Positions 50,177 through 63,900 of a DNA stretch of 64,000 bases are shown here, piece after piece. The translations under genes and the position numbers were made by a program. The notes under the pieces were generated by a model. It saw only the letters and a list, made by a program, of their open reading frames with translations, made no database searches and was not told the origin of the DNA. The stretch is from Balanoglossus misakiensis. Taxonomy: Eukaryota; Animalia; Hemichordata. Where the stretch lies: the NCBI GenBank assembly GCA_040954595.2, contig CM082580.2, positions 3,276,783 through 3,340,782 on the forward strand, in the 5' to 3' direction. Numbering within the stretch: position 1 is the first letter of the stretch; the number at the start of each line of letters is the position of its first letter.

Positions 50177-51540
50177 TAGGTTGATCTCCTGCACATAGGC
50201 AAACTGATATGTCACTTAAAGCACTGGCATTTATAAAAGGTTAAATTATTTACACAAGAAACTCTGCCGACTTTTTAAAATTAAATGACCATAAATAAGT
50301 ATCAGTTATCTTGAAAGCTGTATAGACATCTGTCAATAAATTAAAACCCCTGTGTCAGGCCGCAAATACATGTCTCTGGTAGCTAAATGATAAAGCCTAA
50401 AACTTGTCAATCAAGATTAGGTATTTTATTTCATGGTACAGGGATTATGGTGTGCAATGCTTCATAATAATTTGAGACGAAATATTAATTTTCAAATTAA
50501 CCAAAAATTCATGTTTATCACTTCATTGAAACAAATATAACTGGTCCTCAGTGTGATAAGGATACGGTATTACAAAACATATAAAAATCCCATTGTCAGA
50601 TCGCCCACACATGACTCTGGATGCTTAAGGCAAATATACCTGTGGTTTGTGAGAAAATGTCTGAGAGACGGCTTGAAAACATCTACAGAGCCCATATCAA
50701 AGAAGACAGGTACGTTCCACTTTGGCCACAATAACCTGACAAGACATACCATTGCCTCTTGGTAACACACAAATATGGTGACAAGCAAGATGTGTTGTAA
50801 CATGTTTAGTTTTGGATCAAGCCATGCATTTGATTGATGTGCATTTAAAGGTCTCATGCCATGCCCTATACAACCACGCGTAAAATCACTATTTGGGTCT
50901 TGAAGTTAACGTATGTTACTATCTTGCAATGCGTTTTGCCCCTTGTGCTTAGATAACAAGCAAGTAAAAGTGGCGGGTGGGCGTGTACCCCTAACCCAAC
51001 TCAGTCGAGTTTTTTCGGCTTTTCGAAGTTCAGTCGAAGACTTATCTTGATGTGGACAAATAGTCTTTCACACCTTCGTAAATCCTCTGCCTGTAATGTG
51101 AGGCAAGGGCTTCCTTTGCTTTGAACACTGTTTATATAGCTTGTCTTTGTCTGTGGACTTAATTACTCATGGACTGCTAATTACACCTTACTGTTAGCAG
51201 AATGGTACACTATGACGTAGTGTACTTGTTTGTCCATATGCAAATGCCTTCGCCTGGCTCGAGTGCGAAGTGGCTCCCTGATCACAGGCATGAAAAAAGG
51301 GGGCAAATTCCGGCATTCGCGCACATTTTTCGGAACCGACACAATAAGCAATGCATAGACAGGTACCCTAGGTGAGCTTTTGACGTGGAAAAATGAAAAC
51401 TTTCCAAAGCATGGCATGAGACCTTTAAAAGTAAACCTGATCCAGAGTGGGACTTGTGAATCAATATTATATGCCAAAAGTTATCACCAGTCTTTCAACT
51501 ATTCATCCACAAGACCCTCGGCTACAAAGGTTTTTTTAAA

Positions 51541-51610
51541 TGGATGATTGAATGATTGAATGAGTGAGTGAGTGAGTGAGTGAGTGACTGAGTGAGCGAG
51601 CGAGCGAGTG
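51541..51610. repeat. Compound (GAAT)/(GAGT)/(GAGC) microsatellite
   Basis: Seen directly. Confidence 0.75.
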
Positions 51611-51990
51611 TGCATGCATGTGGGCGTGCGTATGTGATAGATACAAATTAAACTTATCTACAGTAAATGGCTTGACTTACTTTCATATACCTGTAGACAA
51701 CCAGACTCCATTCCAGATCTTCAAACACTAAACAGATCAGGACAGCTTTAAGTTCTGGTTCACCAGCCAGATTTTCAAACATACAGAATCAGACAGTGGC
51801 ATCACTGAGAAGTGGTGTAAATCTCCAGGTAACTTCACAGCACCACAACTTTGACGGAGTTTACTGAAGCAAAAACTCCTCCAGATTAGAATCTCAACCC
51901 TGTGTACAAAAGAAAAAAATATATTAAAATCACAGTTGAAAATAATTTTAATAGTCATTACTGGTAGCTTGCCAATGTGGCCTAGAATCA

Positions 51991-54219
51991 TTGAAAATTG
52001 TCAGGATGAACTCCGAACCTTTCCCGATTGCTTTGAGTAGTGCTACAACTTCTGGTGACGTCAGTGACTTCAGCGTCACCTCGCTCGTTGCCCCTGGCAA
52101 CAATGTGGGTAAGTATAACGTTGACACATGCCACGCCTCTGCAAAATAAACCAAAGTTACTGTGGAAAGTTGAGAGCTAGCTAACCTAAAATGGTGTCAA
52201 GTATGAACAGGGTTCTGCCGAGCCAAAACAGAGTGGTGGTCGCGCTCATGAATATTAATGAGATTATTAATATTCATGAGCTCGATGTAAAGTGTTATCG
52301 ACCTGACCTAATTACGTGACCTTTGACAGTATGCGTCTTTCCTTTGCTTTGTAAACCCGGAAGACAGGCAATTTTTCACCGGACATTTTCTTGACGGCGA
52401 CATCAACAATGATGACGATTTTGGGGGTTTCAAAGACTACAATTTTATACCGATCGAGGCCATTAGCAATGCCGACCGTGACAACGACTTTGGAGTCGAT
52501 CTCAAGAGTGGGTGGTCGCGCGCGATCGCAGCCAACTGCATTAAGCTATATGGACACAATGTACCGCGCACGGTCAGTCGAACGCGCGCGACCTCGTTAT
52601 CGACAGTTTAGCGGGTTTCTTTGTTGACTCTCGCCGAAAAAGAAAATTTCTCACGCCAAAACGCGCGTATCACAGCGAACAATAGCAATGGTCGCGACCT
52701 TTTTGTCCTGGTTGCGGCCTGAAGAGTGCCGACCAGCGTGGGCAGATCCCTGTATGAATATACATGTTCTCAGTTTTTACATTATATATTATTTCTAATT
52801 CCAGAACGCGAGAAGACATTTGAAAATCTGTATGATCATCTGACTGTGTTTGGTGAAGTCATTGAAAGGTGTACTCAGGAATTCAAACAGAGATTTCAAG
52901 AAGAAAATATATTACAAAATGGTATGTATGTCAGTCAATACAAGACTTTCTTAAACTCTCCATGACAGACAGATAGCTGTAGACAGGTCAATTAATGCAT
53001 ATGTAAATTCCACACAGCCTGTAAGAAGTTGCCCTATCACCCCCATTTCCTTGTGCAGATGTCCATCCTTACCTTTGAAATCACTGGGTTTGGACCTAAC
53101 CATGGTGGTGGAAGGGTTAAACATTGTTACATGTATATTTACAGTCCCAGTATTTTCATTTGTTTCTAACGACCAATACTTCTTATTGTTTCAACAGATA
53201 TTCTTCTCATCGTCCACTGTCTTGCTCTGCATGGTCACGTTTCCAAGGATACAGGCGATTCAATCCCACAACTCGAGACTGACAATGTTCTCGTCGTCAG
53301 AGACTCGAATCAATGCAAAGTGTGCGGTAAAACATTCACGAGGCACTACACACTAATTGCTCATCAGGAGATTCACTCGAACAACAGGGAGAGACGGCAT
53401 CAATGTGAGGAGTGCGGTAACGCCTTCTTCACAAAACAGGGACTCAAGTCGCATCTGTCGGTTCACTCAAACGAGAAACGGTTCCAATGCACGTACTGCG
53501 GTAAGCGGTTCCGACATAGCTACACACTCAAGGGACACCAAAGCTTCCACACAGGCAAGAGGGCACACGAGTGTAAAGACTGCGGCAAGAGGTTCTACAC
53601 GAAAGGCAAGCTGCAGCGGCATGCTGCAACGCACACGACCGAACGGCCGTACGCCTGCGAAGAATGCGGTAAAACGTTCCGCAAGAAGAACACCCTCAAA
53701 CAGCACTACGGGACGCACTCAAACGAACGTCCGTTTCCGTGCGAAGCCTGCGGAAAAGCGTTCAACCGAATGTCTTCCCTGAAAGTGCACTTACTGCAGC
53801 ACACCGGCCAGCGTCCCCACGAATGCAGCGACTGCGGCAAGCGCTACGCCACCCGTCAGATCCTGCAGCAGCACCGCGTGACGCACTCAAACACCAAACC
53901 TTACAAATGCACAGACTGTGACAAGGCATTCGCCAGACCTCAGTCTCTTCAAAAGCATAGCTGGATTCACACAAACACAAAACCCTATGCATGCAAAGAG
54001 TGCGGTAAAGGATTCACTTGTAACAATCGCCTAATCACCCATCAGAGAACTCACTCCAAGGAAAGACCTTACCAGTGTCATTACTGCGGAAAAACCTTCA
54101 GTGATTCCAGCAACTTGAACCGTCACACCAAAATCCACCAAAAAGACAATGTCAACACAGCAACCCGAGCGAAACAGCTTCCAAGTTCTGTACAAAAGCA
54201 CCAAGAGAAAAAAGACTGA
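51991..54219 (+). CDS. C2H2 zinc-finger gene copy 2: 10 intact fingers, 5' exon cut by the duplication breakpoint
   Basis: Exon remnant 51991-52108, exons 52805-52921 and 53198-54219; the last has 10 complete fingers and a natural stop. Confidence 0.85.
52208..52752. mobile_element. hAT-like MITE with 6-bp TSD
   Basis: CAGGGTTCTGCC / GGCAGATCCCTG TIRs, TATGAA duplicated; copy 1 has the empty site caagtatgaatatac. Confidence 0.85.
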
Positions 54220-54953
54220 AAGTAGCTAGCCATCTATAGCTTTACTCAAATCCAAAGCTGTTAACCCTTTGGATGCCATATTTTGTTGTCAAAATGTGGT
54301 GCAACATTTTCATCATTTTCCGTTATTTTTTCCTTTAATTCTAGACCAAGAGGACACAATTTTCCATTATCTTAAGATCTTGGTCAAAATTTTAGGAGAA
54401 AAATATGACATTTGTGAAAAATGACAAGTTGACTTGAGCGTATATTGAAAAGGTAATGTGTAAATACTGCCACAACACATTTACCAGAAATAGAGACACA
54501 TTTGCAATATTTACTTGTACATTACACTGACCTTAGCAGAATAGATAACTCCAAGATTTCCATTCACCCTGAGAGCATCAAGTATACATTTTGATCTCTT
54601 CAGACTTGTTTGACAAGGTATTGATGTCAATAAAGTTATACACATTGACCTAATGAATGATTGGTTGTCCTACATATTTTTTCCTCTTATTGTACCGCTG
54701 TCCAAAATGCTATTTTGCATTTTTAGTCAAATTAGTTTACCATTTCCAACCATTTAGGTGTCTGCACTATCAGAAAACTGGTCTGAACGGTCGCATAGGG
54801 GTGCATGGCTATAATATTTCCAAATCAGATTTATGTTTCAGTTACCCCTGACATTTCTATAGCCATTGAAAACACATGGTTTTAGTTTACTGGGTGGGAT
54901 TTGAAGCAATCAAATTCTGGTTTTCACAATTTATCTGCTCGTCTTTTGACAGT

Positions 54954-57900
54954 CTATCTGCATTCTTCCAACGTCTCGAACATCTGTTCAATTAATCCGA
55001 CCATATCGTCTCTTCCCATGGTGCTGAATATTGCCAACAGATTCTCAAAGTTGCTTTCGAAGACAGGTCCCTTTAAATGTGGATACTTCTGTCTTGTTTT
55101 CTGAGCATTCACTTCTTCATCAGAATCTTGTTGGGGGGATGATGTTGATGAGTGTGACATTTTTGCTGAACGACCTTCGGAGGTCTCTATGTCAGGTGAG
55201 ATGGCTCTGGCACCTGCAGCTGTAGTGGTGTCTTTTCCTCGTCGGAATTGGACGCTTGGGTCTGGTTGTTCTGATGACGGTGACATTGTTGCAAAACCAC
55301 TATCAACATTTTGTGTGTCATGAGAAGTGGTCGTGAATTCTGCAGCTGTAGTGGTCTCTTGTCCTCGTCGGAATTGGACGGTTGAGTCTGGTTGTTCTGA
55401 TGATGGTGACATTTTTGCTGAACGACCTTCGGAGGTCTCTATGTCAGGTGAGATGGCTCTGGCACCTGCAGCTGTAGTGGTGTCTTTTCCTCGTCGGAAT
55501 TGTACGCTTGGGTCTGGTTGTTCTGATGACGGTGACATTGTTGCAAAACCACTATCAACATCATGTGTGTCATGAGAAGTGGCCGGGAATTCTGTGGTGT
55601 CTTTTTCCCATTGAAGACGTCTTGTCCCTACCCATCTACGACACCACTCTTCAAAGATGTATTCTGTAACTGGTATGCCTGTTTTTGCCGACATCTCTTC
55701 AAATGCCCTGACATCCTGGTAGACGATTCCCATGAATTTTTCTGCCATGAGGGCATAGTGCAAAGATGGTGCACGTTGAATGTCCATTCTCATGGTCAGT
55801 TTTCTTCTGGTTTCTTCAAGCATCCATTTGATATCACATCTTTTCCATTTACGTCGTAAGATCGTTGTGTCATGACCCTGACAAAGCAGGTCACAAACAT
55901 CTTCTGCTTTAGCAACTTCTTTGTTTTTAACTTTCCTCCTCATGTCTTCAGCACTTAACACGTCATCAAGAGTGTAAAATGCCACTTTTTCCACATCCCT
56001 ATGATTTGCAAGAGAATCTGCACTCAGGATAAGCTGATTCATCCTGTTGCCTGGACATGCGATCGAGAAGACATCCTGTATGTCTTTGGAAACCATCTCA
56101 AGAAGCTTGTAGCCCTCACCAATCGACTTCTTGTCTTCAACTCGTACGCAGACATTGACTGCTCTTCTGCCATTGGTCATAAAGACAAGACCTTCAACAT
56201 CATGGCACACTTTGATACCATTTTTCCATAATCGACCAGGCAGTTGGCCAAGGTTGGTGAAACGCTTATATAGACGGGTCTGCAATCTTGGGAAAAAGCC
56301 TGCCGTAAAGGAATCTGATTCATCGTGGCATTCAAACCGTATTCCACGGTAGATTGTCTTTGTGTGGCTCAATTCCCATTCATCTTTAGGCATATCATCG
56401 TCTTGAAGCCCTGGTATGACGAAAAGTTTCTCTCCAGTCTTTGTGAGGCCATGCGCATGACAGAGAAGCTCAAAATCTTCCAGAAGGTCGATCAGAAGTT
56501 TGCTGTTTACACGGTCACCAAGTACATCTTCTATTTGATCCATCGTCTGAAAGCAATCTCTCTTGAATCTGGAACTGAACTGTGCAAATAAAGGGGTAGC
56601 CAACATTGGTCCAAACATCCTGTAACACAACCATTTTGGATCCAATACCACGACATCTTTTCTTTCTGGAGATGATTTCTTCACAAACAAAAGCTGTGCA
56701 CAAGAAAAGAAAAATTTTGATACATAAAAATCTGCATGTAGCACACGAGACAATAATATTATAAAATTTGCCATTGCAGATTTCTGAAGAGAAAATAATT
56801 TGTAACTGATGGAAATATCACAGACACTCAGCCTAGTATTTTTACTGAAAGAGAATGGATGAGCAACATGTTGTTTCTTGTTACTGACCTCTCCGATGTC
56901 ATGCATATAGTTGGTGGCTTTTTGTAAGAAACTTTCGTCAACCTTGGGGTATATTTCTTTGATTCTTGTCACATATTCTGTCCAATAAAGAGCTGGGAAG
57001 TCATCATATAATTCCCTCTTCTTTTCCATTATCTTGGCACACAGATTTGGAAGTGTTTTTACTGTCTAAAAATTTTCAAGAAGAAATATTTAATAACAGC
57101 ATAATTTGTCAAGTAAGTCTTACAACTGATGAATAAAACACAAGGAGGTAATCACATATTAGTCAAATGTGACTATGTTATGTTACCATATATGGGTGGC
57201 TCCTATAATTGGATAAATATGTAACCTAATCATTTGCAAGTGGTGCTTAAAGCGGGTAGCTCGTCTCATGTGCATGCGCGTAACTTCCCAGCAAATTTTC
57301 CGTTCAATACATTCAAATAGTGGACTGCCTTCGCTTCCGTCCATTTTTCATGCGCACCATATAAGTAGATTCTGGTTTTGTCCCTCCTTTTCACCCAAGC
57401 TAGTGTCTTTTCCCGATCTCTGACACAGATTATGGTCGCCGCCATCTTCTCTGTTGTTAGGACAGAGTACTGCCTTATGGGATTGACTGTTCACTAAACG
57501 TCTGTAACCAGCAACTACAGCTGGAACATGCGTGTGAGACGAGCAAAGGTTATCAAACATACATTGGTAATATGTTGCCAACACTTTGAGTCTTTGCATT
57601 TTTTCAACAAGGAATTATGAAACTGAATCTTGTTATTGTACGGTAACTGAAGTTAATTATAATGTGTTTGTGTGTTTATAAAGGTAGAACAATTCAGAGC
57701 CAATATTGAGTACAGCAGAATATTGTTACCTTTTTCTGGTGTAAATAGGCACGGACTTGCTTCATTTCTTTGTCTGTAGAATTACGGCAATTCACCAGAA
57801 ATATGGCATTCACTATGTCTAAATAATCTTGAAACATTTCCTGTGCTCTTGTCAGTACTTCATCCAGCATATGACGAGCTGTGAAAATATAACACGCAAT

Positions 57901-60900
57901 TCTAATTGCTGCATAACAACTCGATTTGCAGAAAGTAAGGCATTAAGTTTAAGTTTGTATAATAAAACAGGGTCAGTTCAACTACAGTATGTGTTCCCAA
58001 TGGTGAAACTCGGCTGCTTGAGTAGTATGGATGAGTTCGATGAGGAGACAAGCGTCGGGTTTCATAAAAAGTTTTATTGTTAAAAACTTGTTCTACCAAT
58101 GTTTCGATCCTTCACTGAGGATCTTCTTCAGGGATCTAAAAATAGCAAAATGTAAGTGGAAAGTTAAAATAAAGAGTGAGCTATACGGTCAAAAAGACTC
58201 GTTGAGTACTGTATAAATAAAGTCGGAAACGGAGACGAAATAAAAACAGTCGGAACTGCAGTGTGACTTACGGGCTAAAAATGAGACTGGAGTAAAATAG
58301 ATGATAAGCGGACAACAACTTGTGAAACGGAATGATAAAAATATAAAAATAACAGTAAAGAGACAAGAGAGACTTACTCAGCAGTGATGGTCAGAATGTG
58401 GTTTGAATAAAGACAAAGAGGACTCCCTAGTATATGGGAGGAAAAACATCAACCCATCGTCAAAAAGCTTCCATCATACCTCAAGGATACCACTCACCAC
58501 CTGCAGGACAGTGAAAATAGCACAGTACCGGACAATAGCATCCTCGTCACCATGGACGTCGTTTCTCTGTATACCAATATACCCCATGACTACGGCATCC
58601 AAGCAGTACAGGAAGCATTGGAGGAACACAACATTACCACACCTAACCCTACGCTCATCACAGAAATGCTCGAATTCATCCTCACCAAAAACTATTTCCA
58701 ATTCAACGAGAAATTCTACCTGCAAGTTCACGGCACAGCTATGGGTAGTAAGGTCGCGCCATCCTATGCAAACATCACTATGGGCAAACTAGAAAAATAC
58801 ATCCTTGCCAACTTTCCTCTACAACCACAAAATTGGAAAAGATTCATTGATAAGGATAACACTATTCATACGACCATCTACAGCAAACCTACTGACAAGC
58901 ACACGTATCTACTTCCATCATCCTGCCATCCACGTCATATCTTTAAAGCGATCCCCAAGGGACAGGCCCTGCGATATAGACGCATCTGCTCTACAACAGA
59001 TCTCTACAATGAAGAAACCAAGAAACTTCAGGACCACTTCATCCAACGCAATTACAAAGAATCAGCGATCTCTAATGCCATCAATCAAGTAAGAAGCATC
59101 CCACGTGACCGACTCATCAACTACCAGGACAAAAACACCAACTCATCCGAACGTATACCATTCGTCATCACACACCACCCGGCCCTTCCCAGCATATCAT
59201 CAATAATCAGAAAACACTGGCACATACTTGCGAAGACGCTGACCCAGGACTCTGTAAACCGTGTAACAACTGTAGAACAATTCATGATCCAGACCAATGA
59301 ACACAAATTAATCAACAAGCTTAATAACAAATCGCATCCTATCATCGGCCAACTGACATGTAATACTCGCAACATCATTTATGCCATCGTCTGTATCAAA
59401 TGCGACAAATTTTACATCGGGGAAACAAAACGGGAACTCCGTATCAGAATCAACGAACACCTTTACAGTATCCGTATACACAAAGACACTCTAGTCGCTC
59501 ATCACTTCCATGAACCTGATCACAACATTGACCATTTCCAATTCACTGGTCTGTGCAAGGTATATTCGAGACATGACAAAATAAGAAAGCAACTGGAACT
59601 GAAAATTATTAATGCACTTGGTACCCTTTCACCCACTGGTATCAACAAAAAGGACTGGAAGAACTTTTTTCTTTCATTTATTTTTCACTACCTGTAGTCT
59701 TTGTTCACAGCTAGGCAGTCCGTATGGTTTTTCCTCCCATACTAGGGAGTCCTCTTTGTCTTTATTCAAACCACATTTTGACCATCACTGCTGAGTAAGT
59801 CTTTCTTGTCTCTTTACTGTTATTTTTATATTTTTATCATTCCGTTTCACAAGTTGTTGTCCGCTTATCATCTATTTTACTCCAGTCTCATTTTTAGCCC
59901 GTAAGTCACACTGCAGTTCCGACTGTTTTTATTTCGTCTCCGTTTCCGACTTTATTTATACAGTACTCAACGAGTCTTTTTGACCGTATAGCTCACTCTT
60001 TATTTTAACTTTCCACTTACATTTTGCTATTTTTAGATCCCTGAAGAAGATCCTCAGTGAAGGATCGAAACGTTGGTAGAACAAGTTTTTAACAATAAAA
60101 CTTTTTATGAAACCCGACGCTTGTCTCCTCATCGAACTCATTAAGTTTAGCTGTGAATCTTTTTCTTAATGACAGCTAGCTAATGCTTAAAATGGACATT
60201 ATAATAGCTGTTTTTTTTAACTTTGACATTTCCAACAACTATACATGTTCTTCTCACTATCAATCAATTCATCAACAGTTGAACAACACAAGTTACAATG
60301 AGCTTGACATTGTACGGTATGTGAATGAACTGACAACACCCACCTAGAGCCATATCGATTCTCTTCACTTTATCAGCTCGACTTGCAACCAATATCACCA
60401 CTGGTTTCTTGTATCCTTCACCAGGCTCATCGAATGAATACCTGTCCATGTGGGTTGTTCCTTTCAGAAACCGCAACCAAAACAAAATCTACAAATGAGA
60501 ATATTTGTATAATGAAATATTATATTAATTTTGAGGCAAATTTAAGGGGATCATGAATGTGAGATTATTATTCAAGAATTGATATTTTGGGAATGGTCAG
60601 TTTCTTCTGCCTTGGGATGCAATACATATGGACTTCCAGTTTCATGCATGTTTAGTAAATGTACTTGAAGATTTTTACCTGTGGGAACACACTTTCAAAG
60701 GTGCTGAGTTGACCATTCTCGTCTGTAGCTTTGAACACCAATATGGAGACAGCATTGGGTGCTCCCAGAAACATGTTATGAGTGACGTAATACTCAGCCT
60801 GGCCGGCAAAATCCCAAACACTGACTTTGCCTACGTCAGGAATATGAACACTTTGGACGTCAATACCAGGTGTGGGAATGTGTTCACTTTCTTCAGATTC

Positions 60901-63900
60901 CAGATTTGTTTCTTCACTCTTTGATAAGGAAAAGTGAAAGAAAAACAATTTCACTATATACCTAGTACACGAAATGTCGAAATTTCATCAACCATGCGTA
61001 TGCTTTAATTATCCAAAGTTCACCTGTGGCATTCTGCCAGTAGTTTCCTAATATGCACTATACATACAATGTGCATGTATTATGATGTTATGGCTTATAG
61101 AACCGTTACACAAAAAATAAATACCAAGTGAACATACCTTCTGAAGTGACTTCAACAGTGTAGTCTTACCAACTCCACCATCTCCAGCGAAGAACAACTT
61201 AAAAGTGTCACATTCCATACCTGTTTCCTTCATCAGGTCACTGAACTCATCTCGTTTCTTGTATGTTGAATAAAGAAATCATGAAAATACATGAATTAAG
61301 TAGCAAATTATTACATTGATATTTACGGACACTCTTAATTCAGGATACATAAGAATTTGCATGTCAGGTTATGTATTATTCAAATTTGAAGAATTACACT
61401 CACCCTAATGTAATCCAACAACACATCCTTAACAGCTGAGCTGTAACTTTCAGCGACCTCTAGTGGTGTCTTTCCGGTCTAAGTTTTATTGGGATAAAAG
61501 AAGTAACTATCAGTTATGATGTTGATATTGACATCGTCATGTCGAGTCAAAGGATTCTTGGGAACATGTATTACATCTCTCAAAATGCTATGCCTGAGAA
61601 TATTTGTATATACCGTATAGACTCTCTCACAGCCCACGGTTTGCTACAAGGTTCTTTTTCATGTTGTAGTTGTACACTAATGTGCCATCAACCGTTTAGC
61701 AAAGGAGAAGAACCATGGTGTAGCGACACACATGCAACCAGATCATAAGTATGCCTAGGCAGCGAGAGGGACTGTGAGAGAGTCCAATGCCCAAAGTCAA
61801 ATTTATCAAAGAAAAAGTCTGCACCGTAGTACATGGCCATATACAGACAGACACACACACACACATAGAGAGAGATCAATGGGCAGACACTGACTGACCC
61901 ATAAGCTGCCAATGGCATATGTACTGTACATACACTAAATAGAACAGCTGGCCTCTATAAAACTTAGCCAGTTATATCATTCAGGAATTTGCTGTGTTTA
62001 TATGAAACACAGGAGGGAGTTCCTGCCTAATTAAAACAACTCAATAAAGTAAATACACACCACTTTGCAAAGCAATCTGACCAGTAGTTCTTGAGTTACT
62101 GAGTTTTGACCAAATTCACATTTTTCCAGCTAATTTGCATATTTTTGGCAATGACAACTTCATTTGAACAAACTCCCATCTACAGCCCAGCCTGCATCTG
62201 CACACCAAATATCGAGGTTATACGCGCAGCGGTTTTCAAGTTTTTGATGTGGACGGACATACAGACATACATCCATCCATACATCCATCCATACATACAT
62301 ACAGACGCAACCGATCCCATAAGGTCCCATGGTAAAAACCAATGGGACCTAAAAAACCTACAATGGGAACCTACTATATGCTGAATATTTTAGATCAAAC
62401 TCGTATTGTTTTATGAGTGTTTTGTTGAAACATTTTCTATAAAATTGTACAGTCATACAAACTCAATTTCAAATTCAATGGTTGTGAAGATTCAACTTTA
62501 AAAATGGGTTGAGTTAATCAGAATGCATGGTGTCAGTGGAACAGAATAAAATATTGAAATAAGCTATAGAAGATTGTACCTTATTTTTGCAGTCAATATC
62601 AGCTCCATATTGCAGCAACAGTTTCACAACATAATCCTGTCTCCAAGAGGGGCTCATTGCTGCCATGTGGAGTGCTGTGTTGCCATCCTGTGCAAAAAAA
62701 ACAAAAGCAATTACTTCATGTAAGAGATACAGCAAGATCGGGACTATAATAGGTGCGTATAAACAGTGCCGCAAAACATACTGTAGTACCAAGTTACAAT
62801 GGTGGTGGTAGTGGTTGCAAAGGACACAAAACAAAACTCCAAAATGAGGAAACCATTATAGTGGTTGGTGTCTCCTCTAAATAGGCTTTTAGTTTCAGTT
62901 TGTTGACAGATGAACTGAAAGACTAATCTAAAACTGTCACCATATCTTCTTTACAATAACGATTTCTACATAAATGTCTTTAAAAAAACATGATATGTAG
63001 AATGAAACTGACTATGAATATGGGTACATCCAAAGTTTAATTTGAGTTCTAACAACAATCTGACACTGTATTCATTGCTGCATATTGTAAAGGGGTCCAT
63101 AGTTTCAGTATTATGAAAGATTTCTACAGTATATTAGCATCAATTTCATGAAGAGTTTCCCTATATTAAAAAAATAAAGAGATTAAGGATGTACGTTCAG
63201 TAAAATTGAAAGTATTGTCTTTTTTTTAATTATGGATTTTTGATTCTCCTTTGTATGTATAATGAAAATCCGTAATAAAATATAGGGGTCACCGCGCTTG
63301 TTTATGAAATACAGAGCCATGAATTTGGTCGATAATAGAAGAAATCTGCTGACTCAGCATTTTTCACCAATGGTTTGTCTATGGGCAAAATTTTTAACGC
63401 AATTTATCTCAAAATAGAGCGCGGTGACCCCTATATTTTATTTGACCAATGAATTTATATTTGCTGGACTGAGCTATGTGTAAAATTACGTGAAAATGAC
63501 AATGGTAGAAGTTTGTTTTCTAGCAATTATCAATGTAATCCTATGGGAAAAAGACCGGGCGCGCAGTGTTTCGGGTTTATGTTCTGCGCGTACATCCTTA
63601 AAACAAACAAACAGTCATGTATTTGTATCAGTATAGGTATTTTACCTTGTTTTGTATGTTAACATCAGCTTTGTGTTCCAATAACAATCTCACACGGCCT
63701 TCACCATCAGACCTTGCTGCTGCAAAATGCAAAGGTGTCTCTTCATCCTGTGAGTAATGAAGGAGGAGCATGAGAACAATGTCACAAAAATTGAAATGTA
63801 ATGTGAGGTTTCCTTAAACAAACAAACAAACAAACAAACAAACAAACCAACCAACCAACAAACAAACGTTTGTATGTTGATTAGAATTAACCTGTAGAAG

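Larger units (their letters stand above)
57952..60138 (+). mobile_element. Defective Penelope-like retroelement with inverted pseudo-LTRs, in a Roco intron
   Basis: RT and GIY-YIG coding core; ~415 bp inverted repeat (58031-58447 vs 59727-60141); CATTAAGTTTA at both ends (57941-57951, 60139-60149); absent from copy 1. Confidence 0.92.

Noticed and set aside
50570-50857. 95-aa minus-strand ORF with protein-like composition
   Set aside because: No recognisable motif or supported exon chain; cannot be called without a search.
58453-59697. RT near a variable array as a DGR-like or retron-like diversifier
   Set aside because: It is a catalytically deleted Penelope RT present in one copy only; there is no template repeat and cassette variation is not adenine-specific.
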